Positions 1 through 7,881 of a DNA stretch of 32,000 nucleotides are shown here, piece by piece. Position 1 is the stretch's first letter. Each line of letters begins with the position of its first letter. The DNA is from Candidatus Saccharimonadota bacterium. GTDB lineage: Bacteria > Patescibacteriota > Saccharimonadia > Saccharimonadales > UBA4665. The DNA lies in assembly GCA_002952755.1 (NCBI GenBank), contig CP025011.1, forward strand, positions 870,001-902,000. The letters are read 5' to 3'. The position numbers were made by a program, and so were the translations under genes. The notes below the pieces were generated by a model. That model was not told the DNA's origin, searched no databases, and was given only the letters and a program-made list of their open reading frames with translations.

Positions 1-207
1 ATAAGTCAGTTTCGTTGCCATATATTATTCCTTCAAGCTTCTGAGGGTTACTACAATAAAATATACGTGATACATAAGAATAATACGCCCTACAGGGCGA
101 GGAGAAGTTGCAAGTTAAGGCGTTGCTTGCTCATTGATATCTACCATATCACTATTCATGCCAGACGTAAACAGAAAAGGATTTGTATCTTACGACAGGC
201 GGCATGA

Positions 208-248
208 GGTTCGAGAATAAGGCAAATGCCTCAGATTTTGAGGCATTT
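208..248 (+). repeat. Dispersed repeat, copy 1 of 2: GGTTCGAGAAT followed by a hairpin (stem AAATGCCTCA / TGAGGCATTT)
   Basis: GGTTCGAGAAT (208-218) plus CCTCAGATTTTGAGGCATTT (229-248) recurs at 3962-3995 with one mismatch in the hairpin part and a shorter linker. The hairpin is followed by TTTTTAT, so it looks like a terminator, but no + strand gene ends nearby. Confidence 0.6.
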
Positions 249-406
249 TTATATCTGTTACTGAGCTTGGCAGAGAGTACGTCCTGCGCTGGGAACCCCT
301 GCTATCCGATTTTCTCTTAGTTAGCCAACAGCTTGAAATGCTAGGGTTTGTTTATGATCGCGGTGACGTTGTCGTTATTGCATCTCCAGATAAATAAGAC
401 GAGAGT

Positions 407-1405
407 CTAGCTATCCAAGATCACTCGCTGAGTGATCACTTCACGTACAATATCTTCAAGTCTCGGCTCGCTAATCGTTACGTCTATCACTTTGAAATTT
501 GCTAGCAATTCGGCTGCTATCATTGAAGTTTTGGGTGTAGGGGTCTTTAGGATAACAGTTGGCCCTGCAAGTTCAATGATGTCGCCATACTTTGCAAGGT
601 TTTGGCGTGTCGCAGTCTCAGCAAGCGTAAGATTCAGCGTTTTGTGTGTTGCATACTGCTGGATAAGTTGGTCTATCTTTCCGTCAAAGAACACTTTGCC
701 ATGATCAATGATAATAATTCGTTCACAAATTTCTTTTACATCATCCATGTAGTGCGACGTCAGCATAACAGTGGCACCGTACCGCTTATTGTAGGCCTTG
801 ATAAACTCGCGTATCCTTTGTTGCACAACAACGTCCAGTCCAAGTGTAGGCTCATCTAGGAACAGCACCTTTGGCGTATGTATAAGTGCTGCAACGAATT
901 CGCACTTCATCCTTTGGCCAAGGCTTAGACGTCGTACCTGTGTATGGAGAATGTCTTTGAGATCGAGTAGCTCAACCAATTCATCCAGTACTTCTCGGTA
1001 ATGCTTTTCCGGCACCTCGTAGATGTCGCGGTTGAGGTTAAAACTATCAATGGCAGGGATATCCCATAGCAGTTGGTTCTTCTGGCCCATAACGAAACTA
1101 ATCTGTTTGAGATAGCCGACTTTGCGCTCGGCCGGACGATAGCCCAGCACCTCGACGCTTCCACCACTCGGCTCCAGTAAACCGCTCAACATTTTAAGTG
1201 TCGTTGTCTTGCCTGCGCCATTTGAGCCAATAAAGCCGACCAGTTCACCAGGGTGAATGCTAAAGCTAACGTCCTTCACCGCAGGAATGGTCGTGTACTC
1301 ACGGTGTACAAGCGCCTTGAGGCTGCCTTTAACGCCTTCTTCTTTACGGTGCATCTTATGCTCTTTTGAGAGTTTATTCACTAAGATAATTGGTTCCGAT
1401 TTCAT
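407..1405 (-). CDS. ABC transporter ATP-binding protein (ABC-2 type exporter ATPase)
   Basis: 332-aa ORF with Walker A GSNGAGKTT, signature LSLGQRMK, Walker B LFLDEPTLGLD and H-loop LTSH. AAGGAG lies just upstream of the ATG. It is the last gene of a three-gene minus-strand operon. Confidence 0.92.
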   Translation of the reverse strand: MKSEPIILVNKLSKEHKMHRKEEGVKGSLKALVHREYTTIPAVKDVSFSIHPGELVGFIGSNGAGKTTTLKMLSGLLEPSGGSVEVLGYRPAERKVGYLKQISFVMGQKNQLLWDIPAIDSFNLNRDIYEVPEKHYREVLDELVELLDLKDILHTQVRRLSLGQRMKCEFVAALIHTPKVLFLDEPTLGLDVVVQQRIREFIKAYNKRYGATVMLTSHYMDDVKEICERIIIIDHGKVFFDGKIDQLIQQYATHKTLNLTLAETATRQNLAKYGDIIELAGPTVILKTPTPKTSMIAAELLANFKVIDVTISEPRLEDIVREVITQRVILDS

Positions 1406-1415
1406 CGCTTACTCC

Positions 1416-2227
1416 TTAGCTTCCAGCTGACGAATACCGCCGGATCATGTGTTTCCAAATAGTTACAGCGAGCCCTAGCAATCCACAGGCCAGGATTGGC
1501 GCTAATGCAATGAGAGCGACGTCAAGCCGTCTCGTGATTGCTGCCGCCGGAACGCTTGAGATAAACACAACGGGTAGCACGTAGTACAAAATAATCCTCG
1601 TGGCACCCTGATAAGCATCCATCGGGTTCGACTTAAAGTCGACGGCAATGCTGCCAGCGATCTTAGGAATGGCCGTTGCATTGACGAAATAGAAGCATAA
1701 GCCTACTAGTATGATCGACATGGCATAGGCAATCACTAGCCCGCAGACAAACAAGCCCAAGCCTAACGCCACGCGGCCAATAGATATGTGTTGACCGAGC
1801 CGTATAAGCGCGAATATCATAAGCCCAAAACCTGGCAACGTTGCTAAAAACCCTGATATATACGGCTTCGACAGGCTGAGATTAAACAGCGGGCTGATCG
1901 GCTTAAGTAGGGCAAAGTCTACATCTCCGTCTTTGATGGCTGCCGGTAATCGCCATAGGCCAAATATGTAGATCGCGCTTAAAATAAGCTCCGACGCCAC
2001 GATATTAAGTCCGCTCAAAAATAACACCTGGTAATGACTCCAGCCCGCAATCGCGTGGGCATTGCCGAGCACCACCACAAAGAACACGACAAATACAACC
2101 TGCAGCCCAGCTCTATCGCTATTTCGGTAAAAAAGCTCACGCGGTACATGGTTGCTTGGACGAGGCTATATTTAAGCAACGTCCGGTATAGCCTCAAGTA
2201 TCTCATCATCTTACCGGCCATACGCAT
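1416..2227 (-). pseudogene. ABC-2 family permease, apparently frameshifted (or an assembly indel)
   Basis: The N-terminal part (MMRYLRLYRTLLKYSLVQATMYRVSFFTEIAIELG, ORF 2015-2227) and the body (ORF 1416-2087: ...AIAGWSHYQVLFL...GDVDFALLKP...) are in different frames. Joined, they read as one typical ABC-2 permease. The junction lies within about 2088-2113. The start region overlaps or abuts the stop of the upstream permease (2211-2213). Confidence 0.55.
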
Positions 2228-3005
2228 CGTACTTTTTAAGTCCCAAGCGCCACAAGAGCACAGCGAGTATTGCTGCTATTAACGTCCATGTAGATAGTGT
2301 GAGCATATCGATAGGCAGGTCGTGTAAGGGGCGTTTCCCTGATAGATAGGCAATCGGTACATAGTAGAGATATTGAAACGGTAGAGCGTCGAGCAAAGAT
2401 CGCAACGGCCCGCCCATAAAATCAAGCGGGAAGCTGACGCCGCCTAAAACTGAGAACAATATATTCTTGATGTGCCAAAAAGCCCACACATCGTCAAACC
2501 AAAAGGCACAGAATGACAACGCCAGGTCAAGTACGAAGTGGAAGATAAAGGCTAAGATGACAACACAAATTGCGGGCAAGATCGTGGGAGTTGACACATG
2601 GATCGCTCCATTTAGGATCAAGTATGCCAGTATACCGATAACAACTGGCGAAACAAGTAAGAGATAGCTGAGCTTCCCAGCAAGCACTCCCATAAACGCC
2701 GCCAGCCAAAAACGAGCTGGCCTAAGCAAATAGTTTGAGAAAAAACCGTTTTTAATTTCCTGGCCAAGCCTGTCGGACAGCACCACTTGCGTCATAAAAC
2801 CTATGACTGGTATGAGTAAATAGTATGCCATGGCGTTTGCAAGAGTATAACCGGCTACGCTACTTTGTGATCGGTAGATGGCGAGCCAAAGCAACACTAT
2901 GGAAGCAGCAGAAACTAACGCTTGGAGTACGGTGCCAACTAAACTAGCTCTGTATTCAACAGAACTCGCAAACTGAGCCAAAAATAGACTTCTGTACTTA
3001 TTCAT
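2211..3005 (-). CDS. ABC-2 family transporter permease
   Basis: 264-aa ORF, strongly hydrophobic with about 6 predicted TM segments. It is the first gene of the operon with the second permease and the ATPase. Confidence 0.8.
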   Translation of the reverse strand: MNKYRSLFLAQFASSVEYRASLVGTVLQALVSAASIVLLWLAIYRSQSSVAGYTLANAMAYYLLIPVIGFMTQVVLSDRLGQEIKNGFFSNYLLRPARFWLAAFMGVLAGKLSYLLLVSPVVIGILAYLILNGAIHVSTPTILPAICVVILAFIFHFVLDLALSFCAFWFDDVWAFWHIKNILFSVLGGVSFPLDFMGGPLRSLLDALPFQYLYYVPIAYLSGKRPLHDLPIDMLTLSTWTLIAAILAVLLWRLGLKKYDAYGR

Positions 3006-3064
3006 CAGGATTTATTCTTCGCGGTGCAGTCGGCCTTATATGGCTTTTCTGATCACGTAGCGCT

Positions 3065-3095
3065 ATAATAAAGTATGACGTAACGTCATGGTCAA
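3065..3095 (-). promoter_or_regulatory. MerR-type promoter/operator for the ABC-2 operon
   Basis: Minus strand: -35 TTGACC (3095-3090), a 19-nt spacer, and -10 TATTAT (3070-3065). The spacer holds a perfect dyad ATGACGT-n-ACGTCAT (3075-3089). TATAAT on the + strand (3064-3069) overlaps it. The divergent neighbouring gene is a MerR regulator. Confidence 0.5.
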
Positions 3096-3927
3096 TATGC
3101 AAGACACACTACTTACTGCCGGTCAATTTGCAAAGCTCGCGCGCACCACAAAGCGAACGGTGTTATGGTATGACCAAAGAGGTATTTTGCTACCGCACTC
3201 TACCACAGAAGCGGGTTACCGAATGTATCGGCCGCAACAGATTTTGGATTTCCAGATTATCTTGCTGCTTCGGCAGCTCAATTTCTCACTTGAAGAAATT
3301 GAGCTGCATGTCAAGGACGGTAAGTCTCTCATGTCATTGTTTGCTGCCAAAAAAGATGACATCGCTAAAGAAATCCAGTCGTTGCAACGAACACTGAGCA
3401 ACACGGAGACTTACTACAACAATCTCACGACTACGCAAGTACTTGTTAGGCCTGAGATTCGCACTGTACCCACCTTTGATATCTATTACATAGACAAAAC
3501 TGGTCCATATGCCAAGATCGGTGACTACTGCCAGGAGTTAAAACGTGAATTTGAAACATTACTTGGGCATGTCATCTTTCTTACTATCTTTGAAGAAGGT
3601 GTCTATAAACCACACCAAGCAAAGATGAAGATAGGCGTTATCAAGCAAGTGGGTATGAAGTTGAAACCCGATACTAAAGTCAACACAATGACCATTCCCG
3701 AATATACGACACTGACTTATTCGCATCATGGTCCAGCTACACTTTTGTCGCTTTTATGGCAAGAACTAGGTAAGTATCGTCGTAAGCACAAACTAAAGTT
3801 AGCCAGTCATCTGGATTTTGCCGATCTTGAGTTGTATATTCACACCAGTCTTACTGACACCCCCAACCCCGACGAGATGGAATTTGAGATGCATCTGCCG
3901 ATAGAATACGACGAGCGTAAGTTATGA
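3088..3927 (+). CDS. MerR family transcriptional regulator with C-terminal GyrI-like effector-binding domain (BmrR-like architecture)
   Basis: 279-aa ORF with an N-terminal MerR HTH (LTAGQFAKLARTTKRTVLWYDQRGILLP), a coiled-coil linker, and a C-terminal region of about 150 aa typical of GyrI-like ligand-binding domains. An alternative start exists at M4 (3097). Confidence 0.88.
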   Translation: MVNMQDTLLTAGQFAKLARTTKRTVLWYDQRGILLPHSTTEAGYRMYRPQQILDFQIILLLRQLNFSLEEIELHVKDGKSLMSLFAAKKDDIAKEIQSLQRTLSNTETYYNNLTTTQVLVRPEIRTVPTFDIYYIDKTGPYAKIGDYCQELKREFETLLGHVIFLTIFEEGVYKPHQAKMKIGVIKQVGMKLKPDTKVNTMTIPEYTTLTYSHHGPATLLSLLWQELGKYRRKHKLKLASHLDFADLELYIHTSLTDTPNPDEMEFEMHLPIEYDERKL

Positions 3928-3961
3928 AAAAAAATTATGATTGCACTTTTGCCACACCCAG

Positions 3962-3995
3962 GGTTCGAGAATGCGCCTCAGATCTTGAGGCATTT
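3962..3995 (+). repeat. Dispersed repeat, copy 2 of 2 (GGTTCGAGAAT + hairpin); possible weak terminator after the MerR gene
   Basis: GGTTCGAGAAT (3962-3972) plus CCTCAGATCTTGAGGCATTT (3976-3995), matching 208-248. Stem GCCTCA/TGAGGC with a 5-nt loop, followed by ATTTGT. Confidence 0.55.
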
Positions 3996-4012
3996 GTCCC
4001 ATCCGTTATTGA

Positions 4013-4174
4013 GTTTGGCAAGGCTTACGGTACGCTAATGGAACTTTGGAGAAGTGGGTTAAGAAGCCGGATGAGGAGATTGTGGCACTTGAGGGCGAAA
4101 CTCGGGAAGTACACGAGCGGACGCAGCCTGCTCGCCTAAAGAATGGAGCGCCTCAGTCTTATCGACAGATGTAG
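4013..4174 (+). pseudogene. Start-less paralog of the small ORF at 7874-8053 (W-Q-G-L-R-Y-A-N-G-T-L-E-K-W-V-K-K...)
   Basis: 4016-4066 matches 7928-7978 at the DNA level (28 nt identical: CTTACGGTACGCTAATGGAACTTTGGAG). Downstream the two diverge mainly by synonymous or conservative codon changes in this frame. The frame is closed by TGA at 4010-4012, and there is no start codon near its beginning. Confidence 0.3.
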
Positions 4175-4244
4175 CGGAATCCCTCATGCAGCTAAAACGA
4201 AGCCCACATCCGCAGTCCTCGTTTTAGTATGGCGTCAGCTATCG

Positions 4245-4529
4245 TTAATCGTGAGTTACTTTTAGTTCTCGCTTCACCCGATCGCTCAAGTAGACTTTCA
4301 TAAGCGACTGGTAGGGGACATCCTTCTCATTCGCAAGTTCTTTGATGTGTGCAAGCAAAGGACTTGGTAATCGCAGGGAGATAGACTCGGTGGAGAGCTT
4401 CAGGTTCGGAAAAACCGCCTTCTCAGCCTTTGACCAATCAATATAGTCACTAGAATCATGTGCATCCCAGAATGCCGCCTCTTCTTCATCGCTTTTAAAG
4501 TCTGGTATTGGCTTAAGCTGCTGCTTCAT
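4245..4529 (-). CDS. brnA: BrnA-family antitoxin
   Basis: 94-aa ORF. The C-terminal ribbon-helix-helix-like region (ISLRLPSPLLAHIKELANEKDVPYQSLMKVYLSDRV) is typical of BrnA. It overlaps brnT by 17 nt. Confidence 0.85.
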   Translation of the reverse strand: MKQQLKPIPDFKSDEEEAAFWDAHDSSDYIDWSKAEKAVFPNLKLSTESISLRLPSPLLAHIKELANEKDVPYQSLMKVYLSDRVKRELKVTHD

Positions 4530-4812
4530 AATGACTCCTTTCTATTTGCTTCATGTCTCGAATGGATATAACTCTTATTTGGTTATCCCTAATTGTGAAT
4601 GCTACAAACAATTTCCTTTTACGTCTCGTTTGTCCTAGGCCATTAAAACGCTGTTCCGTAGCTGTTGAATGTCTAGTATCTTCGCTAATCAAGAATGGCT
4701 CAAGTACAAAGATTTCTTCAGCTTCCTGGGTCGTGACATTGTGCTTTTCTAGATTTTTGCGGATATTACCTTTATCCCACTGGAATATGATCGGTTCAGG
4801 TAGTATCCTCAT
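4513..4812 (-). CDS. brnT: BrnT-family toxin (DUF497 ribonuclease)
   Basis: 99-aa ORF with FQWDKGNIRKNLEKHNVTTQEAEEIF near the N-terminus and IRVISIRDMKQIERSHY near the C-terminus, the BrnT/DUF497 pattern. It sits upstream of and overlaps brnA. Confidence 0.85.
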   Translation of the reverse strand: MRILPEPIIFQWDKGNIRKNLEKHNVTTQEAEEIFVLEPFLISEDTRHSTATEQRFNGLGQTRRKRKLFVAFTIRDNQIRVISIRDMKQIERSHYEAAA

Positions 4813-4818
4813 ATAAAA

Positions 4819-4847
4819 AGTATATTACCAGAATATACGATTGTCAA
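4819..4847 (-). promoter_or_regulatory. Candidate sigma70-type promoter of brnTA with embedded dyad; predicts a leaderless or near-leaderless mRNA
   Basis: Minus strand: TTGACA (4847-4842), a 17-nt spacer, and TATACT (4824-4819). Only 6 nt (TTTTAT) separate the -10 from the ATG at 4812. No SD is present. The dyad GTATAT-n7-ATATAC spans the spacer and the -10. Confidence 0.4.
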
Positions 4848-4856
4848 TGCTAAAGC

Positions 4857-5057
4857 TTGCGCCTTCCAGTAAAGTTTGGTCGGCCTATACCTCTACGCCA
4901 AAACCAAACTAAAAATACCTCCATTAACAGAGGTATATCTGATTATTCGTGGCAGGGGCTCGAGAATGGGAATATAACTTCTTCAGATGACTTAGACTTT
5001 GACCCTGTCGAGCTGGACATAGTTTATCAAGACAATGACGTAGAAGGACGGCAATGA
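4857..5057 (+). CDS. Small hypothetical ORF (66 aa, TTG start), member of the W-Q-G-L boundary family
   Basis: The ORF contains ...SDYSWQGLENGNITSSDDLDFDPVELDIV.... 4950-4980 matches 6865-6895 (TGGCAGGGRCTCGAGAATRGRAATATAACTT) with a synonymous GGG/GGA change in this frame. The TTG start is weak and no SD is present. Confidence 0.3.
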   Translation: MRLPVKFGRPIPLRQNQTKNTSINRGISDYSWQGLENGNITSSDDLDFDPVELDIVYQDNDVEGRQ

Positions 5058-5186
5058 TGTACACGCGTCATACTTCTCCCATTGCTACAGCTCTATTTGT
5101 GGGCGTCATATATACCATAGGGTTTACACAAAGAATCCGACGTACGATTCATAGCCTACGTTTGCGAGATGTGGACGCAATGGAAA

Positions 5187-5627
5187 TTAATTCTGGAGCT
5201 TTGCGTGCAATGTCTTTAAAACTTGCAGCGTTATCTCGATATCAGTCGGAGACAAGTCGCCAAATCCTTCTAGTTCAGAGGTCTGGACAAATTCCTTAGC
5301 TGCTGCCAGGAGGCGTTTGCCCTCTGCTGTAAGTTCCAGCTCATTCTCTCGTCGCGAGGTGCCAGACGTGCGCACCTCAATCCAGCCCTTACGTTCTGCG
5401 ATCTCAACATGTCGACTCACTGCGCTTTTAGCAATACCAAGCCGCTCGGCAATTGTCTGCTGGGAAGGGTGACCGTCTGCGGCCTCAATAAGTCTAAGCA
5501 ATAAAAACTGACGTAGACTAATACCCAGTCGAGCTTTGAATTGCTCATCTCCACGCTTGTCTAGTAAAGAAGCTACCCGGTGAATGTAGTAGCCGAATTC
5601 GCTGTAGTGATTATCTTGCTTGCGCAT
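5187..5627 (-). CDS. MarR family transcriptional regulator
   Basis: 146-aa ORF with a winged-HTH core: LRQFLLLRLIEAADGHPSQQTIAERLGIAKSAVSRHVEIAERKGWIEV...RRENELELTAEGKRLL. Confidence 0.88.
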   Translation of the reverse strand: MRKQDNHYSEFGYYIHRVASLLDKRGDEQFKARLGISLRQFLLLRLIEAADGHPSQQTIAERLGIAKSAVSRHVEIAERKGWIEVRTSGTSRRENELELTAEGKRLLAAAKEFVQTSELEGFGDLSPTDIEITLQVLKTLHAKLQN

Positions 5628-5694
5628 ACCAGCATTATAGCGTAGAATCGTTCTTATGTAAACCGTTCACATCAGAACTAGATAGGAGCACGCC

Positions 5695-6600
5695 GTGGCC
5701 AACATTAAAATCACAAGAGGTAAAGCTAAAAACGGCAAAATAGAACTTGCCTACGAAGTATTCGGAACTTCAGGCGAGCCGCTCTTGTTGCTCATGGGCA
5801 TCGGCATGCAAATGCTCATGTGGCCAGACGACTTCTGTAAGGACCTTGTTTCTCGTGGCTTTCAGGTAGCGCGTATGGATAACCGCGACGTTGGCTTGTC
5901 TACTCATCTTACGGAGCTTGGCGAGCCTAAACTCTTTGACATGATTTGGCGGCCGAAGAAAGCAATGCGTTACTCATTGGAACATATGGCCAAAGATACA
6001 GTTGCCGTATTAGATGCACTCGGCTGGAAGTCAGCCAATATTGTCGGCGGTTCGCTAGGTGGCATGATCGCGCAGCAAGTTGCCATTACCTACCCGAAGC
6101 GAGTGCGCTCGTTGACAAGCATTATGGCTTCGCCTTCGTTTAAAATTGGCCGCGCAAAAACCATGTTTAGCATTAAAGTCGGTAGCCTTTTAGCCCAACC
6201 ACTCCACAATGAAACCGAAGCAGCCAACCAACAAGTTGCCGTCTTTAAACTACTGGGCACGCCAACCACCAATTATCCCATGGATAAAGCATGGCTGCGC
6301 GAAGTTGGGGCTGAGAGCTTCCGGCGTTCTTACGACCCAGCAGGCAAACTTCGTCAACAAGCCACCATGATCGCTGCGCCCGACCGAACAAAAGCACTCG
6401 AACAGCTTAAGATTCCCACTTTAGTAATGCATGGCGAGATAGATCCTATGATTCGTTTGAAAGGTGGCATTGCAACCGCTAAAGCTATTCCGAATGCCAA
6501 ACTTGTAATACTAAAGGGCGTAGGACACGGAGCTTTTCCGCGGGAGGTATGGCCGGAGATGATTGAGAATATTTGCAAAATTGCAGACCAGAAAGACTAG
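5695..6600 (+). CDS. Alpha/beta hydrolase fold protein
   Basis: 301-aa ORF with a GTG start preceded by TAGGAG. It has the nucleophile elbow GGSLGGMIAQQ, an acid region (HGEIDPMI) and a His region (GVGHGAF). It is divergent from the MarR gene. Confidence 0.88.
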   Translation: MANIKITRGKAKNGKIELAYEVFGTSGEPLLLLMGIGMQMLMWPDDFCKDLVSRGFQVARMDNRDVGLSTHLTELGEPKLFDMIWRPKKAMRYSLEHMAKDTVAVLDALGWKSANIVGGSLGGMIAQQVAITYPKRVRSLTSIMASPSFKIGRAKTMFSIKVGSLLAQPLHNETEAANQQVAVFKLLGTPTTNYPMDKAWLREVGAESFRRSYDPAGKLRQQATMIAAPDRTKALEQLKIPTLVMHGEIDPMIRLKGGIATAKAIPNAKLVILKGVGHGAFPREVWPEMIENICKIADQKD

Positions 6601-6840
6601 TCCGCACGCCGGCTAGTCACTATAGTGGGTGGCCCCAGTTTTAATCTGTGACCAGAAGATGAACTACTAAGACTTGCACTAGTTATTGCAGGGGCTTTTA
6701 CAATATCGCGCATTGTGTGCACATCATTAACCATGGCTGCTTCATGCAGTTCGGGTTTACTCCGATGACGTCAGCCTTAATTACGGAGTGTATATCTCAT
6801 AAGTGGATCGGAAATTGATCAAATAAAAATCGCCAACTAT

Positions 6841-6935
6841 GAGGTTGACGATTCGTACACTATATGGCAGGGACTCGAGAATAGAAATATAACTTTTGCG
6901 GTTGAGCTGGGTTTCGAAATTGCCAAGCTAGATTT
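6841..6935 (+). repeat. Start-less copy of the W-Q-G-L-E-N segment (paralog of 4857-5057)
   Basis: The frame reads ...EVDDSYTIWQGLENRNITFAVELGFEIAKLDF.... The frame opens after TAA at 6778-6780 and has no ATG/GTG/TTG start. TGGCAGGGACTCGAGAATAGAAATATAACTT lies at 6865-6895. Confidence 0.45.
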
Positions 6936-6966
6936 TATATCGGAGCCCCGGTACAGAATGACTATA

Positions 6967-7881
6967 CTATATTGTTTTTGTGACTGCCATCAGTGGTGGA
7001 GTCAATAAACCTCGAGAGAGCGCGCTTGTTAGACCCTCAACTGTAATGGGGAACTCGCCATAGGCAGAATCAACAATTTGGAGATCCATATAACCCTGCT
7101 CACTTACATCATACCCAGCAACACATACTGCATGAAAACCAGGTGTCATATCTGAGTCGAAAGATGACTCTGTATTTACTACGGCGACAATGGCACCATT
7201 GGCATCGATAGTACGCTTAATAAGATCGGCGATCTTTTTGGATGAGTACTGCCGATCATATAACGAAGTATAATGCCTTGAGCCAAGAATCATAAAATCA
7301 GCCCCAACATCAGGACGCTCACCAATCATACCCGCTGCGGTAAACGTACTAACACCACCTTTTGTACCATCGTCTCGAGGAAGAGCAAGGTTAAGAAGCT
7401 CTCTCGTCGCGTCCACGGGAGGGTGTACGTCTGATATAAGCATAGCATGCAAAATCGCCCAAGCATTGCAGGTAGGGTTATCAGACTGCAAATATAAAGG
7501 TCCTTCATACGCCTTCCGTGAAACAGGTGGCTGTATATAGTTTGGAAAAACCGTCTCTCTGCGGTTTCCATGCAATGAGCTTTGGTGCCACGAAGTCCAT
7601 TCCGGAGCTACGTGAGCAGCTGGAGAGCTAAAGACATCTCTGCTGGCATATCCATTTGGAAGCGACAAGCGCTGTGCCGCACTTGCCTCAGTGTAAGGAG
7701 TGTGCTGTGTACGAGAAAATTCACCTGTCAATTGAGGATCTAAGAGTACTTTCTTGCGTAACACAAATGAGTCCCTAAATAGCCCAACGTCGAAAAGGGT
7801 ATTTTCATTATGGTACGGCTTACTAAATAAGTTGTCCTCATGTCGGATCATGAAACATATTATATCATAATATATGAACAT
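6967..7881 (-). CDS. Hypothetical protein with papain-like cysteine peptidase motifs
   Basis: 304-aa ORF with Q-x5-C (LQSDNPTCNAWAILHAM), His (PGFHAVCVAGYD) and an Asp/Asn position (LQIVDSAYGE), in the order and context of papain-fold (C1/C39-like) peptidases. No signal peptide is evident. An alternative start exists at M11. Confidence 0.6.
   Translation of the reverse strand: MFIYYDIICFMIRHEDNLFSKPYHNENTLFDVGLFRDSFVLRKKVLLDPQLTGEFSRTQHTPYTEASAAQRLSLPNGYASRDVFSSPAAHVAPEWTSWHQSSLHGNRRETVFPNYIQPPVSRKAYEGPLYLQSDNPTCNAWAILHAMLISDVHPPVDATRELLNLALPRDDGTKGGVSTFTAAGMIGERPDVGADFMILGSRHYTSLYDRQYSSKKIADLIKRTIDANGAIVAVVNTESSFDSDMTPGFHAVCVAGYDVSEQGYMDLQIVDSAYGEFPITVEGLTSALSRGLLTPPLMAVTKTI

Noticed and set aside
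1-21. Possible minus-strand gene start (ATG at 21-19, MATKLTY..., preceded by AAGGAA) running out of the left edge.
   Set aside because: Only 7 codons are visible, which is too little to support a call.
4010-4012. In-frame TGA at the head of the 4013-4174 paralog. I considered TGA recoding (an alternative genetic code).
   Set aside because: TGA serves as the natural stop of well-supported genes here (the MerR regulator, the histidine kinase). All conserved proteins translate cleanly with the standard code. Decay of this copy is the simpler explanation.
3924-4139. 71-aa ORF whose ATG overlaps the MerR stop (ATGA).
   Set aside because: It runs through both dispersed repeat elements (3962-3995 and 4016-4066) in a frame that is not the one conserved between the repeat paralogs. 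The product is Arg-rich and has no motif. The ATGA overlap alone is insufficient support.
4228-4240. 13-nt exact direct repeat TATGGCGTCAGCT at 4228-4240 and 10964-10976. It neatly brackets BrnTA through the ATPase gene and is tempting as an att pair.
   Set aside because: A single recurring 13-mer in 32 kb is within chance expectation. About 5e8 to 1e9 position pairs times 4^-13 gives an expected count of order 10. There is no extended similarity around it.
4948-5030. TGGCAGGGGCTCGAGAAT..., considered as the 3' end of a second tRNA gene on the minus strand.
   Set aside because: The reverse complement has no canonical T-loop, no matching 5' acceptor strand and no cloverleaf. Only 9-17 nt resemble tRNA-Trp and its flank.
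5054-5299. 81-aa + strand ORF with a hydrophobic N-terminus.
   Set aside because: Its 3' half is antisense to the well-supported MarR gene. No SD is present. The ORF length is explained by the overlap.
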